A stretch of 64,000 nucleotides of DNA, from positions 186,001 through 250,000 of the forward strand of contig JAKMXF010000222.1 of NCBI GenBank assembly GCA_024704765.1. Reading direction: 5' to 3'. Made by a program: the position numbers and the translations under genes. The notes under the pieces were generated by a model. It worked only from the letters and a program-made list of their open reading frames with translations. It did not search any database and was not told the DNA's origin. The number at the start of each line of letters is the position of its first letter. The first letter of the stretch is position 1. The DNA comes from Oopsacas minuta (Eukaryota; Animalia; Porifera). Below, piece by piece: positions 1 through 8,814 of the stretch.

Positions 1-444
1 ATACACTATGAGGCTTTCTCAAACAGTGAAGATTTTATAACCAACTCGCCTAAAGTAGAAAGGAAGGTTTCGTACGTGAAAGATTATGGACCACGTTTTA
101 CTCACTCAACACGAGAGGATAATTACAATTCGAAAGAAGATCTACGTTACAAAATGAAGTATAACAATTCAAGTCAGAATTACAGGAGTTATAGAAATGA
201 TCATGAGCGTAGATCTTATACAAATATTTCCTGGAGTCCTGATAACTCACCAGTGAGGCAAGGGCACTCAAACACACACTATTCGCCTTTCGGAAGGCCG
301 AGGAGTACGGATGGAATTCCTCGAGACCGCATGACCAGCCCGATTACTCCCCCTTCACTACGGAAAGAAATGACTCCAGAATTTGACATACCCGGGCAAC
401 AATGGGAGATGGAAAACGAACTGGTGCTATTAGACGATGTTTGA
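1..444 (+). CDS. 3' end of an unidentified gene (S/R/Y-rich low-complexity C-terminus), open from the window edge
   Basis: Frame 1 has no stop from base 1 to TGA 442-444. No recognisable domain. Confidence 0.5.
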   Translation: MHYEAFSNSEDFITNSPKVERKVSYVKDYGPRFTHSTREDNYNSKEDLRYKMKYNNSSQNYRSYRNDHERRSYTNISWSPDNSPVRQGHSNTHYSPFGRPRSTDGIPRDRMTSPITPPSLRKEMTPEFDIPGQQWEMENELVLLDDV

Positions 445-754
445 CATGAAATTACAAAGCAGAAATACAAATGAATTGCTATGAATTTACTGATAGAATC
501 GAATGCTAGTGCTTTATAGTTCGTAGATTAGTCTCTAATTACTCCTGATTATTAACTTGTTTGTTTCACAATGAAGCAAGTCAAATAAAGAATTATCTTT
601 ATCTTTGGTACATATTGAAGACAAACCTAAGCACTTAATAGTTTGTTAAAAAGTGTGTTTATATTTATTTGAAACGGCTTATTTGGCTGATTTACTATCA
701 GATATTTATTTGATCGTTTACAAAATCACTTTTTATAGTACCGGAATTTGTGTA

Positions 755-934
755 CAGTCAACTCCCGTTATATCGAAGGGACCGCGATAATTACTTCGAT
801 ATAACCGTAGTTCAATATAACCAATAAAATGTATATATGTTACTTTGACTGTTTGGGACCATATTTGTACATTTTCACTTCAATATAAGTGGGTATTTCC
901 ATATATTCGTGTCTGATATAACTGGAGTTGACTG
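755..934. mobile_element. MITE family A copy 1 (Tc1/mariner-pogo type, TA target site)
   Basis: TA-CAGTCAACTCCCGTTATATC ... GATATAACTGGAGTTGACTG-TA: terminal inverted repeats flanked by TA on both sides. Confidence 0.85.
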
Positions 935-998
935 TATTTAATAATCTTATTTGTTCAATGTTAGTATACACTTTTTCAAAGTTTTTATCCAAATTGCC

Positions 999-2387
999 AT
1001 GGAGAAAGATGCAGTACTATGTCATCCTCAACGAACAGACTTACGTGAACATTTCTATAAGTTCATCATGGATATATCACCTCATTTGCATGTAAGTCTC
1101 CTCGCGAAATACATGCAAGATTCTTTGAATGGTCATAATAGTACGAAGTTAATGGAAAAAATGACGAATATCGATTATATGAAACATTTATACAAACTTG
1201 GACTAATCCATCCTCGAAATATCGACTATATTTTAAACTTTGCCAACTACACGCGAAATGAAAACCTGCAGCATCATATAGTTTTGTATTATAGCGTAGT
1301 AGACGTTAGAGATGATTTGCTAATAGATGTTAATACGAAGTTCATGCTAACTAATGATAATCCCGGTTCCAGACAAAGTTATTCACTTCCCCCAAGAGAT
1401 GAAACCCGCGGTTATTCTAGCCAAACACAACCCTCCCATCTCCCTAACACTCAACTAATCTATGGGAATGAACCTCAACCTACTATCGCTACTAGAAGTG
1501 TTTACAATGACAACCAAAGGCCACAAATTGAGCAAGTTCATGAAGTTTTTCACTCACAAGAAGAAACCACTCAACCGTTCATATACCCTGTTGTGTTTAA
1601 TCGTCCGCACGGATTTTGTGTAGTGATAAACAATGAAGTATTCACTTCAACTTCCGGTTATGTACTCAATTCAAGGATTGGTACTTCAAAGGACGGGGAA
1701 CAGCTTGTGGATGCATTCAAATTCTTGAATTATAACACTGACTTATTCGAGAATTTATCATCACGGGAAATAATGGATTGCTTAAATTCTTATGCAAAAG
1801 CAGATCATACAACTTTCGATTCTTTCGTTTGTTGTATTTTGACTCATGGCAATGCAGGCAGTATATTTGGTTCTGATTCTGTTGAGATAAAATTGAATCA
1901 AATTTTCGATTTATTCCAAGTTAATTCAGCTCATACATTATCCGGCAAGCCTAAAATTTTCGTTATACAAGCTTGTAGGGGTACATATATTGATCAAGGC
2001 TCGAAAAATCTCGTGAATGCTGCAGGTAAATACTTGGACGAATTGGAGGTAGAGGAAATTTCCCAAAATGAAAAGCCTGAATCCCCAATTCTAAGCAATA
2101 AACATTTGCCACTCTTCTGTGATTTTTTGATCGCATACAGCACCGTGCAAGGCTACGTAGCTTGGAGGCATCCTGATTGGGGCTCTTGGTTCATCGATAT
2201 TCTCTGCAACAAATTGAAACAACATTTTGATAAAAATCATATTGTGGACATTCTTACGTTTGTAAACTTCGATATGTCCCAGAAGAAAACGGGAGATGGG
2301 AGTAAACAGATGGCTGCACCTGTGAATTCTATGAAGGGTCTTTTCTACTTTAAACCACCCGAATCTATTCAAGCTAACTATATTTAA
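999..2387 (+). CDS. Caspase (peptidase C14) with a long N-terminal, probably death-fold, prodomain
   Basis: Catalytic motifs LTHG and QACRG; DFLIAYSTVQGYVAWR and GSWFI small-subunit motifs. First ATG is at 999; the ORF track uses an upstream TTG at 951. Confidence 0.93.
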   Translation: MEKDAVLCHPQRTDLREHFYKFIMDISPHLHVSLLAKYMQDSLNGHNSTKLMEKMTNIDYMKHLYKLGLIHPRNIDYILNFANYTRNENLQHHIVLYYSVVDVRDDLLIDVNTKFMLTNDNPGSRQSYSLPPRDETRGYSSQTQPSHLPNTQLIYGNEPQPTIATRSVYNDNQRPQIEQVHEVFHSQEETTQPFIYPVVFNRPHGFCVVINNEVFTSTSGYVLNSRIGTSKDGEQLVDAFKFLNYNTDLFENLSSREIMDCLNSYAKADHTTFDSFVCCILTHGNAGSIFGSDSVEIKLNQIFDLFQVNSAHTLSGKPKIFVIQACRGTYIDQGSKNLVNAAGKYLDELEVEEISQNEKPESPILSNKHLPLFCDFLIAYSTVQGYVAWRHPDWGSWFIDILCNKLKQHFDKNHIVDILTFVNFDMSQKKTGDGSKQMAAPVNSMKGLFYFKPPESIQANYI

Positions 2388-2519
2388 ATAAACAAAAATC
2401 TTTGTTACAAATATTGTTCTCAAGTTTCATATGATTTTGGATATTTTGTTAAAATTTTGTTTTATTGGAAGAATGTATTGTAATATTTACTGCATTACTT
2501 TGGGTGACATGATGTCAAT

Positions 2520-2650
2520 TACAGTGGAACTTGCATTTTAGTGGCTACATGAATGCAATCCCGAATCACGACCCTGTCAACTTCAGTAAACTCAAGTTAT
2601 AACTAAGTCGGATATAACGAAGCTCGCGTTATAATGAAGTGATTCATTAC
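2520..2650. mobile_element. Degenerate pogo/Tigger-like MITE remnants
   Basis: TACAGTGGAACTTG at 2520, and CAGTAAACTC..GTTATAAC..GATATAACGAAG repeats resembling TA-CAGT MITE ends. No matching right end found. Confidence 0.35.
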
Positions 2651-2704
2651 CCCCCTATAGCTTGAAAGTAAAAGTTGGAATCTTTAATAAATGTTATGTG
2701 AGGC

Positions 2705-2709
2705 AAAAA
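2705..2709 (-). terminator. T5 run, putative Pol III terminator of unit A
   Basis: A5 on the + strand at the end of the terminal stem; same position in unit B. Confidence 0.55.
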
Positions 2710-2736
2710 GGAGGATTGCATATATCACAGATGAGT

Positions 2737-2810
2737 TGGTGTCTCTTCTAGGAATCGAACCTAGAGCTTATTTGCCCAGAAAATAAATCATACCATTAGA
2801 CTAAAAAGAC
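2737..2810 (-). tRNA. tRNA-Pro(UGG)-like cloverleaf with genome-encoded CCA, AU-rich, atypical C33
   Basis: GTCTTTT/AAGAGAC acceptor; D arm GTCT-AATGGTA-TGAT; anticodon arm TATTT-TCTGGGC-AAATA; T arm CTAGG-TTCGATT-CCTAG; 3' A-CCA. A-box TAGTCTAATGG and B-box GGTTCGATTCC. Confidence 0.75.
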
Positions 2811-2859
2811 GAAGTAGTGATATATTTAGCCTCCTTAAGTGTATACCAATTTTATTGTA

Positions 2860-2867
2860 CTTATATA
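2860..2867 (-). promoter_or_regulatory. TATA box (TATATAAG) upstream of unit A
   Basis: Lies 24 nt upstream of the AGGAGG 5' end; an identical octamer lies 22 nt upstream of unit B. Confidence 0.55.
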
Positions 2868-3038
2868 CTATGCAAGATTGTATTAATTAATAGAAAGGGT
2901 TACTTTCAATCACATTATTTCCAATAGAAATTAGAATTGTTTCATTATTTGTATATGCTATCACACAAGAAATTGGCCCTCTACCAACTTTCATTTATTA
3001 AATTCATACACAGGAAGACAAACGTATCGCGAAATAAT

Positions 3039-4283
3039 ATGAAACGGAAGTTATCAACGGATGAACAAATGATTGAACCAACAGCCAAAAAAACAAAGAA
3101 AATATTTGACTTTTCACTTTACAATTTACGGCATGTAGCATTCAAAATTGCCTATCTCGGTCAAAACTATTCAGGTTTCGCTATACAACCACATGAGAAA
3201 AACACTATTGAAGAGGAGTTATTTAGAGCTTTCATTGAATGTAAGTTAATATCGAGTAGAACAACATGTAATTATTCACGTTGTGGACGTACAGACAAGG
3301 GAGTAAGCGCAGTTGGTCAAGTAATAGCATTACATGTTCGTTCTAACCTCAGGGAAGGTTTAGGTATAATTCCTCGAATTGAAAATACTACTGAAGGAGT
3401 GGAAGATAGAGTTGAATTGCCGTATGTCAGAATGTTACAAGCTAAATTACCAGATGAAATACAAATACTATCATGGGCACCTGTTCCTATTGATTTTTCA
3501 GCTCGTTTTTCATGTCTCTTCCGTAGTTACAAGTACTATTTCCCTAAAGGAAATTTTGATATCGAAAAAATGCAGGAAGCTGCCTTGAAATTCGAAGGTG
3601 AACATGATTTTAGAAATTTTTGCAAACTAGATAACGCAACACTCCGCGATTTTAACCGCCACATCCATAAAATAAGCATTCGCACTTTAGACTCAAACTC
3701 ACAGAATGTGTTTAAATTTTGCGAACTGAATATAACTGCTAAGTCATTTTTATGGCATCAAGTAAGGTATATGATGGGGGTATTAACGCTAGTCGGACAG
3801 GGCAGGGAATCCCCTGACGTCATCGATTATCTACTGGACGTGGAAGCTTGTAAAGCAAAGCCTAACTATTCGCCGGCAACACCAGATGGATTAATACTAT
3901 ACGATTCAGGATTTGAAGATATTAATTGGGTAGATAGCTCACTACATATTTCCTGTATTATAATACGGCTACAGAGGTTATGGGTAAAGAAATCCATTGA
4001 AGAATGTATGTTGAGAGGAATCATCGACTCAATTGACCCAAGCAAAATTAAAGAAGAGGAAATCAAGCATTTCAATTTATCTTTTGACCCTGTTACGAAA
4101 TTTCCTATTTCAACACTTGCAAATGAAATAAATTCAGATATATCTTCGAATAGGTCAAAGTATACGCTTTTGAAAGATAGGCCAATTCTGAAGGGAACAA
4201 GCTTTGAGGAGAGAGTGGATAGAATAAAGAAAAGAGGAAAATTGAAAAACACGATACCTCAACAAACTAGCAGTAACGATTAA
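3039..4283 (+). CDS. PUS3: tRNA pseudouridine(38/39) synthase, TruA family
   Basis: RHVAFKIAYLGQNYSGF, catalytic CGRTDKGVSA, GEHDFRNFCK, FLWHQVR. Likely start ATG 3039 (MKRK). Confidence 0.93.
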   Translation: MKRKLSTDEQMIEPTAKKTKKIFDFSLYNLRHVAFKIAYLGQNYSGFAIQPHEKNTIEEELFRAFIECKLISSRTTCNYSRCGRTDKGVSAVGQVIALHVRSNLREGLGIIPRIENTTEGVEDRVELPYVRMLQAKLPDEIQILSWAPVPIDFSARFSCLFRSYKYYFPKGNFDIEKMQEAALKFEGEHDFRNFCKLDNATLRDFNRHIHKISIRTLDSNSQNVFKFCELNITAKSFLWHQVRYMMGVLTLVGQGRESPDVIDYLLDVEACKAKPNYSPATPDGLILYDSGFEDINWVDSSLHISCIIIRLQRLWVKKSIEECMLRGIIDSIDPSKIKEEEIKHFNLSFDPVTKFPISTLANEINSDISSNRSKYTLLKDRPILKGTSFEERVDRIKKRGKLKNTIPQQTSSND

Positions 4284-4360
4284 GAGAAAATATATTTATC
4301 ATAATTATTTTCATTAAACATCTTCCATTCTTCGAATTCTTTTATATACATCAACTAATA

Positions 4361-4473
4361 CAGCGGTTCCCAACACCCGTGGACACTTTTACCAACTATA
4401 ACACATTCTGAGGACTCCTTGCTATCGTCCGTGTGCCATCAATGTGTCTATAAACCCAGGTTGGGAACCACTG
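4361..4473. mobile_element. hAT-like MITE
   Basis: TIRs CAGCGGTTCCCAAC ... GTTGGGAACCACTG. 8-bp TSD not clearly preserved. A lone right end (TTGGGAACCGCT) is at about 28741. Confidence 0.65.
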
Positions 4474-4614
4474 AACTTCCTGCAAAATCTCATATAATGT
4501 TAAATAGTACACAAATTTAATCTAACAATGCAGAAATTTTCCACCACAAACACAACTATTATTAATAGACAAACAAAATTATTTATTTATTTATTTATTA
4601 GTGAAGTTAATCCT

Positions 4615-7600
4615 TCATGAAATAGTACAACTACTTGACGAATCATATTCAGGTGTTTTTGGTGATAAACTATCATCTACTGACGTCATAGAAACAGCCT
4701 CAATACGATTTACTTTTAATTCATCAACATTTTGGTCAGATAAATAGTTTTGCATAGATTCCAGCAGTTTCTTCATACCCAATAGAAACTCGACATATCC
4801 ATTACAATTATGAAACGCCCAAATACTAATATCATGTAATCCTTCTGAAATACCTTTGACTCGATTCTGTCCCAATTGATCAGCTGATCTCATAACAGCT
4901 GATACTGTTTCCACTACGCTATGTTTGTCTAGTAGTAAAATGCCTGTCAAAATATGCCATTCATGGCAATCAGATTTCGAGAATATTTCTTTGTAGAATT
5001 TGATTTCTTTCTCGCAATGTTTTAAGTCAACGGAATTGTTCTCACCTTCCTCGCTCAGTTCCGCGAAATGATCCTCACTATCTAGATAGGTAGTGACCTC
5101 TACTTGGTCCATTTCTGATCGGAAACAAGACGCGACTTTTGGTAGAGAATACCCTGAATCTGATCTAACTTGTACGTTCTTTGTTGAAACAGATGACGTC
5201 ATTGACAACGTATCAATCTCCCTTTCATCATTGAACTCTATTTCATTAAAATAATTTTTCGGACTCTTCACATTAGTATTTGAATCTTGTCCCATTGACC
5301 TTTGACCTGGCATTGGCCATTTAAATAGTGTATGTAGCTGTAGGAGAGCATTTGAGTAACTTTCTATTTTGATATGGAAATAATCCTCGTTTTTCAACCA
5401 GTTCACCAATGAGAAATTTAAATTCGATGACATTACAGCTAATTCTCTGAGATTTAAGTTAGTTAACTGTCTACGTGCATGTCTTCCCAGTACTTTCTCT
5501 ACAATATCCTCTTCCTCCCTGATTTCTAAATTCGCCATGAATTGAGGTCTGGGAATCTTTTTATCATCAGGTGTGTTTTGTGGTTGATGTGTTTTCTTGG
5601 GTGTAACTCTTGGTGGGACGGTCTTTTTCGGGAAATCAATTTCATGATCAGTCGTCTGTAATTGCACATTACCGATTGGTATTGAAACTTTTGGAGATAT
5701 CGGTGATTGTGGGAGTTCATTTTTCGCGATTGCTTGAATGAATTGTATAAGATTAGTGCAAAGGGGCCAATTACTACTTTCAAGACAAGCATTTAGTATA
5801 CGTCTAACCAGTCTGTAAGCGACAGCTGGTTGTTCTATAGTCTCTACAATTAGTAGGTAGTTAGCAGCAATTTCTAAGTTGCCTTTCTCCATAGCTAACT
5901 CGAAAAGTTCTTTCGGCTTTCCAGCTGCGCCGAATAAATATGTCCACACAGCAATTTCCGTTTTACGCGCACACTCACCAACAATTTTTATAAAATTAGG
6001 GAATGGACGTATCAGCTCGATAACATTAGGCAAGAGTGCGTTCGCCGTTGGTGCGCCTTGAGCCGCCTCCTCTTCCAATACGCTATGTATCAAATGTTCT
6101 AAAATATAATCGAAATGTGGTAAGTCCGCACAGGAATACGTTATCCGCATAGCGTGGCTATTTAGATTCCTCTTCAATAGTTGTTTTAAAATCAACGATA
6201 CTGTCAACTGTATATTTCTCCGTGGTAGCGAATAAGCTACAGATCGTTTTATCTTATCATAATGCAGCTGGTCGCATTCAATTCCAGCGATAGTTCCATC
6301 TTCAAAGAGTACAGATAATGGTTGTATACGCGTGTATATAGTTAGCATGATCCATTTGGAAAGATATGATGGATTACGTGGATCTTCCTGTGGGTATAAC
6401 GGGAGCCATATTTTGAGTCCTGCTTGTCCACATGCTAACCACAGGGCTTGTGATAAATACGGTCGACTTTGTGTACCTAGTCCAGGAGGGAGATACGGGT
6501 AGCTAAACACTGTTTCTACGCCGGAAGCTATGCAAACTGGACTCAAAGATTTGACTAAGTTTTTCTGTGAATGTAAATCATAATGTGATACTATCTGTAA
6601 CATCATTAGATAACCTTCTACGTTTATAAGTATAGAAGCTAAGCCAAATTCATTGACAGGTGACAGTACTTCAGTTTGTACAGTTGACATTGAAGCGGAT
6701 ATTATATTATACGGCGACCAACCATATTCTTCATATGAAGTATTCAGTATTAAATCAGTAGTTAGTGTGTTCTTGTTACCAAGCTGAGTTTTGGAAAGAT
6801 GGTAGATTAATAGTTTATGATTAGCAGTCAGTACTAGTAGATTATCAAGATATACATCAAGTATACATACACGTTGCGGAAAGTTGATTTTCAATAGAGT
6901 TTGGCTGTCTTCTAATTTTTCATGTAACGAATTGAAAGTAATATTATTTTTCTGTGAACTGTTTGTTGTAGAGCTGACCACCAATATCTCATTCCACCAA
7001 GCTATTCCTCCGTTACACCGGAAACTCATCTCTTGAGTTTCATTTACATATAGTTTCCATTTATTTTTGCTGTAATTACACATGCATAGACCGTTTGAAC
7101 CAGCTACAGCAAGATATTTGTAACGCTCATTCAATGCAACCATTTTAATAGGCCAATTCTTCATTATGTAATTACGCTCAACTTGGATAATATTGCAAAA
7201 ATGCATATTTTGTTGATGCTCGATTTCGGTCTTACAGAATGTTGATTTAGGATAAATGTACACTGTAGTTGGACTATGTAGTATCACATTTTCTTGATTG
7301 GAGAGGATAGGTAAGAAGGATAAGGCGCTTTTAAGAAAGTTGAAAACAAGAAATTCATTTAATCTAAATGAGCCATGAGAATTTACCTGACGGAGTAACC
7401 ATAATGAGTATCCATCTTTCGTCCAGTTTATAGGTCCAAGGTGCGGATTTGCATTCATATCAAGCTCATCATAAGTTGAAATCAGTGATCCGAAAACTGA
7501 AAATATACTGAGAAAACCGTTCATCCAAAGCACAGCTAATACTTTCTCATCGCCAGTAGACCACTGCAGAGAGAGAACCTGATTATTTGTTGATGTATTC

Positions 7601-8499
7601 TCATCTGGATTATCTAGAATATGAGAGTTTTGCCAATTCCCAGAATCAACATCTTGCTTCCATATCTGAACCTGACCAGATCTACACCCAATAGCTGCTA
7701 TCTTAAATTTGTAATTAATAGAAATGTCAACTGCATCTATGATACCTTTGAAATAATACAGTTTAGTTGAGTCGTTAAAAAACGCGTTTATATCTGAACT
7801 GGCTAAGAAATAAACTTCACCATCATTCACGATAACAAACATACCCAATGGAGAAGTTGATGGAAATATTGATTTGATTATGACATTTTTGGCAGGCCCT
7901 TCTTCCGGTATAGTCGCCGTACTGTCGCGCTTATGGTGAACAAGTCTTGTTATATTGACTGACATTTGTGACGAAGACTGTCCATCCCAGTCTAACTGAT
8001 GCAAATATCCAGTTTGTGTACTGAGAATAATATAATCTCCAAATGTTGCTATCGAGCTAATGATTGTATTGAAAGATATACGAACGAGCTCTTCAAAGTG
8101 CGTTAGAGAGAAATCACAAGAATTCGACTTTATCGTGCTCATGTCGATTAAAAAATCGATTCCTTCTTTTGAGTATGTTTGTGAGTTTTCAGAATAATTA
8201 ATTTCCTTCATGTGTACTGCGAATATTATTATATGGCCGATTTTGGTTAGAATAACGAAACGTTCGCCGTCACGATGCCAACAACCGTACATATTCAAAC
8301 CAAGTTCATCAAATGTTGAATCAGGACGTTTGTAGACTGCGAAAAGTGTGGAATTTCGTGTGTCCCAGAACTGTAATGTTCTAGAGGTGATTAGGATTAA
8401 GATGGGGAGGTAAGGGTGTCTACAAGGCTTGATATAAGAAGAGTCTTCATCGCTTGTGTTGAGTTTGATTACTTTCGGCCAACCAGTAGGGAAATACAT
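4615..8499 (-). CDS. RIC1: RIC1 (RAB6A GEF complex partner), intronless
   Basis: N-terminus MYFPTGWPK, WD40-like region, CARKTEIAVWTYLFGAAGKPKELF RIC1 domain. Confidence 0.93.
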   Translation of the reverse strand: MYFPTGWPKVIKLNTSDEDSSYIKPCRHPYLPILILITSRTLQFWDTRNSTLFAVYKRPDSTFDELGLNMYGCWHRDGERFVILTKIGHIIIFAVHMKEINYSENSQTYSKEGIDFLIDMSTIKSNSCDFSLTHFEELVRISFNTIISSIATFGDYIILSTQTGYLHQLDWDGQSSSQMSVNITRLVHHKRDSTATIPEEGPAKNVIIKSIFPSTSPLGMFVIVNDGEVYFLASSDINAFFNDSTKLYYFKGIIDAVDISINYKFKIAAIGCRSGQVQIWKQDVDSGNWQNSHILDNPDENTSTNNQVLSLQWSTGDEKVLAVLWMNGFLSIFSVFGSLISTYDELDMNANPHLGPINWTKDGYSLWLLRQVNSHGSFRLNEFLVFNFLKSALSFLPILSNQENVILHSPTTVYIYPKSTFCKTEIEHQQNMHFCNIIQVERNYIMKNWPIKMVALNERYKYLAVAGSNGLCMCNYSKNKWKLYVNETQEMSFRCNGGIAWWNEILVVSSTTNSSQKNNITFNSLHEKLEDSQTLLKINFPQRVCILDVYLDNLLVLTANHKLLIYHLSKTQLGNKNTLTTDLILNTSYEEYGWSPYNIISASMSTVQTEVLSPVNEFGLASILINVEGYLMMLQIVSHYDLHSQKNLVKSLSPVCIASGVETVFSYPYLPPGLGTQSRPYLSQALWLACGQAGLKIWLPLYPQEDPRNPSYLSKWIMLTIYTRIQPLSVLFEDGTIAGIECDQLHYDKIKRSVAYSLPRRNIQLTVSLILKQLLKRNLNSHAMRITYSCADLPHFDYILEHLIHSVLEEEAAQGAPTANALLPNVIELIRPFPNFIKIVGECARKTEIAVWTYLFGAAGKPKELFELAMEKGNLEIAANYLLIVETIEQPAVAYRLVRRILNACLESSNWPLCTNLIQFIQAIAKNELPQSPISPKVSIPIGNVQLQTTDHEIDFPKKTVPPRVTPKKTHQPQNTPDDKKIPRPQFMANLEIREEEDIVEKVLGRHARRQLTNLNLRELAVMSSNLNFSLVNWLKNEDYFHIKIESYSNALLQLHTLFKWPMPGQRSMGQDSNTNVKSPKNYFNEIEFNDEREIDTLSMTSSVSTKNVQVRSDSGYSLPKVASCFRSEMDQVEVTTYLDSEDHFAELSEEGENNSVDLKHCEKEIKFYKEIFSKSDCHEWHILTGILLLDKHSVVETVSAVMRSADQLGQNRVKGISEGLHDISIWAFHNCNGYVEFLLGMKKLLESMQNYLSDQNVDELKVNRIEAVSMTSVDDSLSPKTPEYDSSSSCTIS

Positions 8500-8599
8500 A
8501 GAACTAAAAACAATGAAGGAATTTACGTTAAGTGTACGGAGGCATAGATTTAATCTAATCAGGTTAATTACTCGCTCATTTCATATGGCTACAAAATCC

Positions 8600-8715
8600 C
8601 ATAATCACCAACCCTCATAGATTCTTGGATATTACGTTTTACAAGATGTCAAGGTTAATTTTATGATACTACTTGCTAATATGCGAGCTCCGCTCTATAA
8701 GGGTTGGTAAGTATG
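8600..8715. mobile_element. MITE family C (CATACTT(G/A)CCAAC-type TIR)
   Basis: CATAATCACCAACCCTCATAG ... CTATAAGGGTTGGTAAGTATG inverted ends. The same right end GTTGGCAAGTATG ends at 26267 and 48278. Confidence 0.6.
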
Positions 8716-8814
8716 GAATCCCCAGCTGTTATTAAACAGTAATTAAACGCATTCAAAAATTTATAATTACGTCGTGACGTTGAAATTAAAGAACTAGACA
8801 CCATAAAATAATAT

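Larger units (their letters stand above)
2705..2835 (-). ncRNA. Putative Pol III 'framed tRNA' RNA, unit A (terminal hairpin enclosing a tRNA cloverleaf)
   Basis: Minus strand: AGGAGG-CTAA-ATATATCAC-TACTTC-[tRNA]-ACCA-ACTCATCT-GTGATATAT-GCAAT-CCTCCT-TTTT. The same frame recurs at 36430-36558. Confidence 0.7.

Noticed and set aside
2705-2835. AGGAGG as a Shine-Dalgarno sequence, i.e. bacterial contamination or a T-box riboswitch
   Set aside because: Embedded among eukaryotic genes, paired with CCTCCT, not followed by an ORF, and lacking T-box specifier/antiterminator motifs.
2709-2835. Framed tRNA units as simple MITEs with AGGAGG TIRs
   Set aside because: Not fully excluded, but there is no TSD, the arms are asymmetric with conserved bulges, and the TATA box and T run lie at or beyond the edge of the inverted repeat.
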